Assembly (NCBI GenBank): GCA_015680685.1
Contig: MNCI01002568.1
Coordinates: forward strand, 984,116-1,048,115
Origin: Gnetum montanum
Taxonomy: Eukaryota; Plantae; Gnetophyta
Reading direction: 5' to 3'
DNA length: 64,000 nt
A program made the translations under genes and the position numbers. Below the pieces are notes generated by a model. That model searched no databases. It was not told where the DNA came from and saw nothing but the letters and a program-made list of their open reading frames with translations. This document shows positions 1 through 10,984 of this stretch, piece after piece; the stretch's first letter is position 1; each line of letters starts with the position of its first letter.

Positions 1-1701
1 AAGAAATGTTACCCATGCCTGAAGATAGGCAGCTTCTCAGGAATTTCATAAAATAATAGGTGCAATGAATAAACTCCTCCCTTGGATAATACGCCAAGTG
101 ATACTACTTCTTGCAACAGTGGTAGTCTTACAGTTGTAATTCTAAAAGATTAAACAATGGGATGTCACTAGAATGTGGTCTGGACTTGGTTTAATCTTGG
201 ATAGAAAGGCTAATGATTATTTTGACCACTAATAACACATAAGGAATCATTATGCCTATGGTAAGACATCTCACATTCTGATTTCTACAATCCCTTTAAA
301 GTCCATTTCATCTCACTGTGTGAATAATCATAACTTGTGGTTTTGTGTAACATAGCTTAAATTTCCTAACTTGGTAATATTAGCGTGTGTTTTGCTAAGT
401 AGGTATGCATTACATTCAACTCTTTGAGTGCCTAAGGATACTTTTAGATGTGGTTATACAAGTGCATTAAGGGCTAGAGCTTGCTTTGGGGAGGATCCAC
501 TTGTATAGCTATTGTCTCTTATACCTGCCAAGTGATTCGAGCCTTCCAACATCAATAAATGTTAATAAAAACTTCCCTTATCACTCACACTATCCGTTCC
601 AATAACATGAACTCATTACCCATCTCATCCATCTTATTAGCACTTCATGAACTTTCATAGTCGAGATTCCTTCTTTATGAACTTTCTATGCCAAATTCTT
701 GAAAAATATGCATAATCTATAGCTTGAGACCCTTTGAAATGCTTTATACCTTCCAAACATCCCAAATGATCCATTTTTGATCCTTAGGCATTATTGGAAA
801 ATGTGAATTTTTTGCCTCCGATATCGAAGCCCATAAAATCTATATATATTCCAACACTTAGCCGAATGTTCATCATTTTTCACATTTGAGCTAAGGGAGT
901 TTTTACCATTCTTTCTTCCTAGCTCAGAGCTCTGACCCTTTAGCTTCCCCAAGCCATAACTTGCACACTATCACTTTGATTTTTGTGATTTTTGAATCTA
1001 TCTAATCCTGGAGTGCTCATCTTAGTCATTGGGGAGGGGGGGATGTGTGGGTGGGGGATGGGGGATGCTAGTGTGGAAAATCTAAGCTAATTTTTTAGAA
1101 TTGTCTAACAACCAAAGGGTATTATAAGGGTAAGCATGAAGGGAAAGTTAAGTTTTTAAATAAAAATTAATCACAATAATGCCAGAAACACTTAAATCAT
1201 CCTCTTAATGAACCATACTGACCATTATGAGTCATAAACAAGAACAAAATGGACAACTGTGAAGGGTTATAATGAAATTAACGCTTATGGGGTTTCTTTT
1301 TAAAAAATTTTCTAACTTTGTAATCATAATGAGCTAAGAATTGATCTAATTAAGGAAATGAGAAAGGGAATTAATTAGCAAAATCAAAGTAAACATTCTA
1401 ACAATTCTCAAATCCTTAATGATTGTAGATAATCCCAAAGAGAGGAGCAACAAGAGGATCCTCATAGTCGACAAGTAAATGACCAAGAGGCCAAGGACAA
1501 GACCAAATAGGAGCATAAGAGCCACAAGCAGAACATGCAGAACATGAGGCTTAATCTTTTAGTATCCATCAAGAAACTCATGCTACCAAACTTTTGAAGT
1601 AGGAGGATGTAGAAGAACCACAAGTACAAGGACAACACCTCACGTTGTCACAAGAATGCCTTCAAATCATTTAAGAAAAGACACTCCTAACCACAATAAT
1701 T

Positions 1702-4202
1702 GTGGAGATGAACTTTGGTCTATTCATAGAGTTTGTTCTAGAGGTGGTAAAGATGCAACTCCAAGCATCACTGCTATGGCCCATCTTTTCAGATAGTGGT
1801 AAATGGTATCTAGGGGAGACTTACCAATTTTTGCATAATAGGAAAAAGGATGCTACAGTCAACATTGAAGGAGTCTCTGTTTCTTTTTCAGTTAAGGAAA
1901 TAGCTGAAGCTCTGAATGTGTCCAATGAGGGGGCAAGATTAGCACATTTTTCCATAAGATTAGAGACAGAAACTAGAAAACTATGGTTAAAGAGGACATA
2001 TGGAAAAAATAATAATGAGTATAATGAGTTATCTTTAGAGGAAACAATTTATTTCAAAATTGGCACATACCACCTATTTCCTACAAAGAGATTGAATAGA
2101 TTGTCCACCTATGCGACCAGAGGAAGCATAATTCTGATGGGAAAGTATAACACCAATTTGGCACAACTCTATTTCATGGAAATCCAAAGGCGATTTGAGG
2201 AAATAAAGGTAGGGAAGTTAATACTTCCATTGTTTGCTTAATTAGGAAGCTATGCAAACATGTTGGAATCCTGGGGTATACTAATGATGTCCTTAAGAAG
2301 ATCCAAAATGCCTCATATGTTGAAACGCTCAAGCCAACATTACCAAAGAAAGATCAAGTGGAGGAAAAAACAAAAGCTAGGGAAACCACAAAAATCATTA
2401 AACAACAACAACAAGTGAAACTTAGTGGCAAGCAGTAGCAAGAACAACATCAACAACAAGAACAACAAGAACAACAAGCCCCACCACCGTCGTTGCAAGC
2501 CTACAGACCATTATGAGTTATGTGCAATAAATTGCAGAGACTATTAGTTAGGAAACACGAGAGGAGGCCAATCTCTATAGAGTTATAAATAGCACCATAA
2601 AGCCCATAGTTCCCACAAATATTGTAAGTAGACAGGTATCATTGCAGTTAGTACAAGAGGCCCAATGGTCACAATAGATTTCTTGGAAGACTGCATCATT
2701 CCAAGTAGTGCTTGAAAGAAGAGAAGGAGCCATGGTTGTAGTTATGTAGCACCAAGATGTACCAGGAGTTGTGGAAGTGATCACGGATCATATTAAGGAA
2801 TCTTTTAATGTACCTATTGTGCCACCAGTAGATCTCATTGGAATCAGATATGTTCAAATGTTAGTTGGTACCTTAATGACTCTTGCAAATCATAAGGATG
2901 TGCTAGATCAACTACTGCAAACTTGACAAGTAATGACAAGTCTTTTCGACATCCCAAGTGATGTCACTATAGTGCAATCAGAACTGCTCACAACCAAGGG
3001 TAAGATGGTCATGGCAGAGACTAGGGTAGAGCATGTAGAAGTTGAAATCCATAACTATAGGAAGAGCTTGTGACCCTAAGGGTTAAGCATAGAGATCCAA
3101 CATAATATGTTATGCCTAACTAGCTAGTGCAATTTAGAATAAAGTAAATCAACTGCCTGATAGAGCAAAACAAATAGATGGAAAATAAGGAGAAAGTGGT
3201 GTGAAATGTCTTAGAAGCAGAAGCATAAACATATGCACATGCTAAGGCACTCATTGTAGCACAAGAAGAAAACACATAACTCGCTACAGATAACACTAGG
3301 TTAACCAACATTGAGAAGTAGAAAAATATCCTAGAAAAAAGCATTCATCAGTTGAGAGAACAATTGATGAGGGTTAACCAAGACATGAGCCACTTAGCAA
3401 GAGAAAAAAAACCCCCCTTAATGGAGGAGGTATGTGCAATTAGACAAAATCAACTATTGAGATCAATGCATGGTAGAATGAAGCAAAGAAGCATGAAAGG
3501 CTGAAGGAACACTTCTGTGACTAGGTGAAGATGTCTAAGCAAATCAACGAGAAGGAGAGCCAGATCGCTAAGGCTTGAATTAGTGTCATATCAGCACAAA
3601 ATCAAAACTAGTAGCCCATCTTGGAAAATAATGCTCACGTCCACCAAGCAGAAGTCAAAAAAAAAGACATGTAGATAGAAGATTTGAAAGAATACATGGG
3701 ATTAGCTAATTTTCGTTATGCTAACTTGGCCATGTTAACAGCAAACAGGCCCATAAATGAACTTGAACAACAAGTAGCGACCATGTATGCCTTGTATGAA
3801 AAGGAATTTGTAGGTCAGAAAGATGCCTTCCAAAAAATTTAGGTGGCAAACTCTCAATTAGCAGCAATAAAGGTTGGATACCAAGGGTAAAAATATGTTG
3901 TAGTAAACTTGGCTAGAAGACTGTTAGATTACAATGAAATATGAGCAAAGGCCAAAGCATTTGTAGAGGAGAGAAGATAGTTTACAGCATTGTATGTTAA
4001 AGCTAATTAAATGTTTTTGCAATTGCCATGTCCATGGGATGTACTTGCTCCATCACACATTGCACAACAAGCATGGATGGTACATGATCTGAGAATGGAG
4101 GAGGAGAAACTTCAAGTGCTCCTAAACAAATACAAATTTCAAAATCCTAATGACAAAGGAAAGCACTTGATGGAAAAGCCACCACCATCAGGCACTACAT
4201 AA
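1702..4202 (+). pseudogene. Decayed Athila extra (env-like/ORF1-type) ORF: conserved N-terminal domain, Q-rich linker, coiled-coil C-terminus
   Basis: ORF 1702-2241 (YQFLHN...VNIEGVSVSFSVKEIAEALNV) resembles the Athila accessory-ORF pattern. The reading frame is broken by many stops up to 4202. A homologous decayed copy lies at about 58900-60410, between pol and the 3' LTR. Confidence 0.65.
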
Positions 4203-4400
4203 GCTACATCGAGCTTCATCCAATTTTGATTTTTGTCGAAGTTTGTCCTATCATATCTTGTGTCATTTTTGTAAATACAACATTGCAACATAAAGTGTCC
4301 TGTAAATAGTGTAATGAAAATTTACCTTCCAATTTTGTAAGGAACACTATCCTCATTTTCTTTTAACTAGAGGATGAGTTTTCAGTTAGTTGTGAGGGTA

Positions 4401-5261
4401 TGATAAATAAAAATTTGATGGACTATGATATTAGATATATGATATTGTAGCTTTGATATCGTAGCACTAGCTACATTATTATATATGCGATATCACGGGA
4501 TGCATGCTAGCCTATAAATATAGCACTTAGGTGCAGAGATTCACATAAGTTTTCACTCCATACTAGCATAATTCTTGTAGTTTTTTCTCGTGAGTTAGTC
4601 TTTAGCACTTAGAAGTGAATGCCTGTAGTGTAGTGTGATGTAGTGTACATGGTCCTTATTCGAGCATCTTAAACTTGGGCACAAGTGTGATAAGCAATAA
4701 ACATTAAGCTATTTCATACTATTGCAGCATTCTCCTAGTTTACTATTTTACTTAGAATGATGTTTACTATTTTTTTCGTTAATGTTTACTTTTCTATGCA
4801 CTTTACCATTATTGTTATTAAGCAGAATGAGTATGACTGATCTCAAGCACTTAAGTGTAATTGCTTGGTAACCTAGTAGTGCTATTGCTTGGTTCACCTA
4901 GTAGCAAAGTACTTGGTAATCCCAGTAGTAGTTACATGAAGCCTAGGGTGTGTACAAAGATTAGGATTGGATACTCATCGCATTAGGGTAGAATAGATTT
5001 GTTTATTGTTTTAGTTAGACTTGACTTAAAAACTCTTTTTACTTCATCATGTTCACTAGTAGTAACAATGGCCTTACAACAGTAGTTATTATACACCTCA
5101 CTATGAGCTAAACCATACATGTAGACTTCACTAGTGGGAGGATAACGGTCACAAACTTAAACCAATTATTACATTATTGTCATCCATAGATTACGGTTTG
5201 GTCACACGTTAAACACTTGTGACTTATATGGTTAGGTGTTGGATTGCTCCATCGCTCATCA
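4401..5261 (+). repeat. 3' LTR (about 860 bp, TG...CA) of the Athila-like element
   Basis: Starts TGATAA directly after the PPT. TATA box CCTATAAATA at about 4511. Contains TTGGTAACCTAGTAG repeats shared with the other LTRs here. Ends CTCATCA. Confidence 0.8.
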
Positions 5262-5617
5262 CCATCATTGAATGCATGAAATCTTGACTACCACCTTTAT
5301 TGCACAAGAAGAAAGCTAAAAAATGTACGTACAATTTGCTAATAAGTTGTGGTTGAATTAGTCATTTCATAAATTTTCCATTAAGATATTTAAAAGTATT
5401 TTTGTCACTTGTAACATAAATGGTGGCATTATACTATTTTTTGAATGATCTTATGTATAATGAAATCATATCAATGGTGGGAAATGGTATGGATGACAAA
5501 AGGCATATGCTAGAAAACATGCATTTTATTTTGTTTTTCAAAAATATTTTATTTAATTATTTTTTGTTTGCCATAATTATGGATGAATTAATGAAAGAAA
5601 TACAAAATGAAATCCCT

Positions 5618-5790
5618 TGTAATGAGACGCGACTTGCACTAGGCCGCGATATCGCGTACGTGATATCGCGGCCGCTGCGATATTGCATCCCATGCAATAT
5701 CGCATACGCGATATCGCATCCCACTGCCATATCTATAAATAAGAGGCGGCACTCCCTTCATTTCCCAATCCTGGCTAGTGTAGCGAAGCT
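5618..5790 (+). mobile_element. Start (U3/TATA) of a young, CpG-rich LTR of the same Athila-like superfamily, cut by the gap
   Basis: Abrupt switch to CpG-rich GCGATATCGC repeats, then TATA (CTATAAATA) and TAGCGAAGCT, which also occurs at the equivalent position of the solo LTR (23282). Confidence 0.65.
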
Positions 5791-6012
5791 NNNNNNNNNN
5801 NNNNNNNNNNNNNNNNNNNNNNNNNNNNNNNNNNNNNNNNNNNNNNNNNNNNNNNNNNNNNNNNNNNNNNNNNNNNNNNNNNNNNNNNNNNNNNNNNNNN
5901 NNNNNNNNNNNNNNNNNNNNNNNNNNNNNNNNNNNNNNNNNNNNNNNNNNNNNNNNNNNNNNNNNNNNNNNNNNNNNNNNNNNNNNNNNNNNNNNNNNNN
6001 NNNNNNNNNNNN
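5791..6012. other. Assembly gap (222 N)
   Basis: Run of N in the sequence. Confidence 1.
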
Positions 6013-6343
6013 GGTGTTGGATTGCTCCATCGCTCATCACCATCATTGAATGCATGAAATCTTGACTACCACCTTTATTGCACAAGAAGAAAGCTAAAAA
6101 ATGTACGTACAATTTGCTAATAAGTTGTGGTTGAATTAGTCATTTCATAAATTTTCCATTAAGATATTTAAAAGTATTTTTGTCACTTGTAACATAAATG
6201 GTGGCATTATACTATTTTTTGAATGATCTTATTTATAATGAAATCATTATCAATGGTGGGAAATGGTATGGATGACAAAATGCATATGCTATAAAACATG
6301 CATTTTATTTTGTTTTTCAAAAAGATTTTATCTAATTATTTTT

Positions 6344-7190
6344 TGTTTGCCATAATTATGGGTGAATTAATGAAAGAAATACAAGATGAAACCCCTTGGT
6401 ATATGCTATTTGCAAATAATATTGTGTTGGTGGATATTGGTCAAAAAAATATTGTTGCTAAAATGCAGAAGTGGAGACATGTTCTAGAATAAAAAGGCTT
6501 AAAAATTAGTAGAAATAAGATAATATATGGAATGCAATTTTAATAACAGCCTAAACAATGGTGAGATAGAAGTGGCAATAAGGCAAAAAGAGTCCCTCAT
6601 TGCAAACAATTTCACTACCTAGGATTAATTCTCCAATTATATGGTGAAATTGATAAAGATATTAGAAATAGAATTGAGGCAAGATGATTAAAATGGAGAT
6701 ATATGTTCTATTTAATAAAAGAAGAATAATAAAATTAAGGGGGAAATTTTACAGGATAGTAATCAAGCCTATTGTCTTATATGATGTTGGATGTTGGACG
6801 ATACAAAAGAGACATGAACAATAATGTGGTAGAAATGTGAATGCTTTGATGGATGTTGAATGTTATTAGAAGAGATAAAGTACATAATATAGACATTAGA
6901 GGTAGACTTGGAGTGGCTCCTATTTTAGATAAGCTATAAGAGTGACAACTTAGATTGTTTGAATGTGTAAATAAGATCAATTAATAAGTCTATAAACAAA
7001 GGTTGCTACATCATTGTTCTAGGAAAGCCATTGAAAGGAAGATCAAAGAAGACATGGGAAAAAAATGATCGAAGATGATTTGAAGAAACTACAAATAAAT
7101 AAGAACCTAGCTCTTCATAGAGGCAAATAGTGAAAAAGAACTCATATAGCTAATCCCTTGTTATTGGGACAAAGCTAGGATGATGATGAT
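6344..7190 (+). mobile_element. 5'-truncated RTE-clade LINE (C-terminal RT region, 3' UTR, (GAT)n tail), degenerate
   Basis: LFAIIMGELMKEIQDETPWYMLFANNIVLVD matches the plant RTE motif LFAxxMDELTxxIQxExPWCMLFADDIVL. FHYLG...GEIDKDIRNRI follows. Ends GGGACAAAGCTAGGATGATGATGAT. Possible TSD TAATTATTTTT on both sides. Confidence 0.85.
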
Positions 7191-7732
7191 TTAATTATTT
7201 TTAACATTAGTTTTTTAAATTTTAATGGAAAAAATACTATAGTGCAAAGTTTTCAAGTCACTACATCTATATGACTTTCTTTGCTAAGTTTTTCAACTTG
7301 TTTCTTTGTTGAATTAGCTTCAATAATAGCTTTAATTTAGCGAGTTTAGCTTTGATACATTTTTTTTAACATTTAGTAATTTGTTTTCATTTCTCACCTT
7401 TTAAATTTGCTTTGGATCTCAATTTCTAGGTAGTGAACCAAGTTTCAAATGCAATAATTTTTGAGACATCTCCTCTTCATGCATTAGTATATCTTTCATT
7501 TTTATCAACATTTCCTCATACATCACAAGCTTCATTACTCTAGTTTCCTATTTAGCTCTTTGAAACTTGAATCATTTTAGGTTTTTATTGCATAGATCCC
7601 ATTTTGAACTCTTGAAATCCCCATGGTTGGTTGCATTCTTGCAAAGATGTAAACAACAGGAACCTTCTATTTTTTTAGATGAATGTCATTTAATAAGAAG
7701 CACCATTTGAAGTGATGGTAAAGTGTTTGTTT

Positions 7733-7780
7733 TAGTCGACCTCAATTTGTTGCAACAAGGCTAGGATGATGATGATGATG
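7733..7780 (+). mobile_element. Extremely 5'-truncated RTE 3' tail insertion with TSD
   Basis: CAAGGCTAGGATGATGATGATGATG matches the tail at 7170-7190. It is flanked by the near-perfect direct repeat GGTAA(A/G)GTGTTTGTTT. Confidence 0.65.
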
Positions 7781-7950
7781 GTAAGGTGTTTGTTTCTCAA
7801 GTCATAAGAGGCAAGGAGTTTGTTTCTCAAGTGATAAGACTTGGGCTTGAGCTTAGACATAAGCACCTGAAATAAGTTAAAGTTTTTACTAGCTCATTGA
7901 AGATATGGAAAGTGTACTTTACAATTTAGAAATTTGTTTTGAAAAGGAGG

Positions 7951-8060
7951 GTTTGGAGCCTTGGGGAGGGGGGGTCGGGGTGGTGTGGGGGGGGTGTGGC
8001 AGGTGGGGTGTGGGGGGTGGTGGGGGGCATGTGGATAGGATAGGCAGGGGGCAAGGAAGG
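7951..8060 (+). repeat. G-rich low-complexity tract with G-quadruplex potential
   Basis: At least 8 runs of 3 or more G within about 110 bp of otherwise AT-rich DNA. Confidence 0.75.
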
Positions 8061-8229
8061 ATAGTGGCACTTCAATACTTGGATTGGGATAGCAGTTGAG
8101 AGATAGTGAGCTTCTACATTTAACTAATTAGATTTATTGTGATGTAAATAAAATTGCTTCTTACCTATAAGTATGTTAAAACCTTTTGCTTGACTAATTG
8201 GCAAATATACTTAGGATTTTGTTGCATTT

Positions 8230-10050
8230 CCTCCCAAAAAAATTACATTTTCTTAACCATTAGAATCTTTGAAAATTCCAATAGTCATTTTGTAAATTCC
8301 TAAAAACTGCTTTAGAGAATTTCTCTTTCCATGAGATATGTAAGCTATGAGCATATAAAATGAAGTGGCTTCTAAAAGTAATAAATTATACTCATATAGT
8401 AACATTAAGTAAGGTATTTGCATCTTCACCTTTAATTCATCGAGAAGAAAAGTATTTTGTTCTCTTTTAATATCTTTTCAAAGTTCAACATTGAGTTTAG
8501 GTCCCCAAACATCACATCCATCCAATACAGTAGGATGGATGATAGTATGAAAATTTTATTTTCTAGACCTTCCAAGCCCAAAGTCTTAAATTCTTGTACT
8601 TGCTTTTGAAGGTATACAAAGCCTTGAAATCTCCTACTATTCTCTTTTTAATGTACTTTCCCCACTTGTAATTACTCATATAAATGAGACCTATATATTT
8701 AAAAGAATTTACTATTTGCACATTAGTACCTCTAAAATGAAAGTTTTAAAAGGTACTTTTGGTATCCTAGATTATCAATTTGGTTTTATTCACATTTACT
8801 TGAAGACTAGATGAATGAAAATAAATTTCTAGAATTTGCAACATATTTTATATAATTTCTACAATAGTGAAGATCAAGGCAACATCATGTGCATACAAAA
8901 GAGGATTCACTTGTTGAGATGCAACTTTGATAGCATGACTATCTTACTTGTTACACAACCATTATTGTATTTTATCAACAAAGATACCAAAGAGAGTTTG
9001 AGAAAGTAGATAACCTTACTTAACTTCAATTTTTCTTTGGAAATGAACTTTATCTGAATTACTATTTGTAATTTCAATAATCACTTCTTCATATAATTGT
9101 TGAAACTAATTATGAATGGAGGTCAATTTTATGCAAGTGTAACCAAATATTTATGTGAACTATTGAATCATATGCTTTTGCAAAATTAACAAAATAAATA
9201 AAAATTTTTTGTTTGGCTTTTTTGCAAACTCAATGTAGTATTTGAGAATAGCTAAGTCAACAATAGGGGAGTGGTTTTATCTAAAACCTACTTGACACCT
9301 TGCCTTGACATAGTTAACATTAGCCCAAGAACTAATTCTCTTTTCTAGTAGAGTACCCAACAACTTAGTAAAAATATTTCTCACAATAATCATTCCATAA
9401 TTATTCAAATCATTTTTATTCCCTTTTTAAATATAATAAGATAGCCATATTAGTTTTCCAAAATTGATCTATTCCTTGATCTATTACTGAATTTAGTTTG
9501 TGCCAAATTTCTCTATGAATAGCACTACCTACCTACTTTAATAATATGACATATAAACCGTCTAAATTTACAACTTTATCAAATGCTAGGTTTTTAATAC
9601 ACTCTTTGACTTCCTGAAATGTAAATTGAAGAGGTGCTTGGTGTACAATAGTAGCAGAATTATCATCTTATCTTATAAATAGTTTAGTATAAAATGAGCT
9701 TATATTTTTAAAAGAAAAACTAAATGATGAAAGGTCTTTATGATGAAAACATTATCAAAAGTGTCTAGGCTTCTTTTTAATGGCATAAGCAAAATGTTTT
9801 TGCTGCTCATTCATAAATTTCCTTCTCTTAGTTCTAATTAAGTATTTATATGCCATAACTAAACTTTGTCCATGTTTCTTATTTGCATTCTTAATATTCT
9901 ATCTAGCCTACATGCAATCCTTATCAAACAAAGTCTTTTGAGCACCCTATTTTTGTGAATGCATAATTTGCTGAAAACTAACTTTGTGTAATAAGATTGT
10001 AATGAAACAAAATTAAAAAAGAACAAAAGTAAAAAGACAAAAAGGGTAGG
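8230..10050 (-). mobile_element. Degenerate non-LTR retrotransposon (LINE) reverse transcriptase, RTE-X-like
   Basis: Minus-strand translation gives LEKRISSWANVNYVKARCQVGFR, FVNFAKAYDS, LLYAHDVAL (the YADD box), KYIGL and IIHPTVLDGCDVWG in canonical LINE RT order, with stops and frameshifts. The clade call is inference. Confidence 0.75.
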
Positions 10051-10984
10051 AAAGAAATAACTAAAGTAAAACAATGATTACATCATGGTTTTCCTTTATC
10101 TCAACTATTATGGATTGACCATTAAGGTAGACTAATGAATAAAATAAAATGAATAATTAAGAAAATTCCAAGAGTGGGCATAAAGCCCTAATGGAGTAAA
10201 TAAGAAAATGTAAAAAGTGAAAAGAAATAGCAGCAAAACATCATAAAAGTCATCATTGAAAGAAACAACTATTTGCAGTCTGCTTTACTGTGAAAGAAAT
10301 AACTATTTGCACTATGCTTTGGAAGTGGTTAAACAGAGCACATAAAATACCCTTGATGTGACGTTAGAATGAAAGTAGCTCAACAAAACACATAAGATAT
10401 CATGAATGTATGTTAGGCATGGTGGTAGCAATAAGCCCCTTGTACAATTTACGCATGACGTATATTGTACAACTGTGTATGTACTTTGGCATTATCTTTA
10501 CACCAAAACTATAAACAAAGAGGATGCTATATCAAAAGTACCTATAATAAAATTAATTACAAAAACAACTAGCACTCAAAAGTACCCATCATAAAATTAA
10601 TTGCAAAAACAACTAGCGCATTGTACTAAATTTTTTTGAGATTGCATATCTATGTGTAGAACATGAGTCCAAGCTAACATTAAAAGTAATGGTATGGGTC
10701 TTGTGCACCTACCAAGTGAGCTAGTGCTCATGTACACTATACACTAAATTTTATCAACACACATGTCTACATAATATTGCATCCATATATGTTAATTATT
10801 AATATTAGTTTTTCCTTTAGCATGTCATAGTAGAAATACTAATGTCCTTTACTAATGACTAGTAATTTTTGAAAAAGCCTTTCCTTTGTTATAAAAAATT
10901 TGAGAGGATTTCTCCTACAAGGTAAAATGGTTGAATTTTTAACCATAAATATGATGATGTAGGGTGACAAACACACAATTCAGA

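Larger units (their letters stand above)
1..5261 (+). mobile_element. 3' part of a degenerate Ty3/gypsy Athila-like LTR retrotransposon (post-pol spacer, extra ORF, PPT, 3' LTR)
   Basis: Colinear with 57287-61555 (window start AAGAAATGTTACCCATGC = 57287). The PPT-like GAGTTTTCAGTTAGTTGTGAGGGTA|TGATAAA is identical at 4376-4407 and 60639-60670. The LTR ends GCTCATCA, as does the PBS-adjacent LTR at 47455. Confidence 0.85.
5235..6398 (+). repeat. About 385-bp direct duplication flanking the assembly gap (5235-5619 vs 6013-6398)
   Basis: GGTGTTGGATTGCTCCATCGCTCATCACC... through ...CCCTTG occurs on both sides of the N run. The first half is essentially identical and about 10 differences fall in the second half. 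Confidence 0.9.

Noticed and set aside
5420-6112. Long ORFs of 209, 157 and 90 aa
   Set aside because: They are open only because they cross the N gap.
7905-8099. Gly-rich 64-aa ORF
   Set aside because: A by-product of the G-rich tract.
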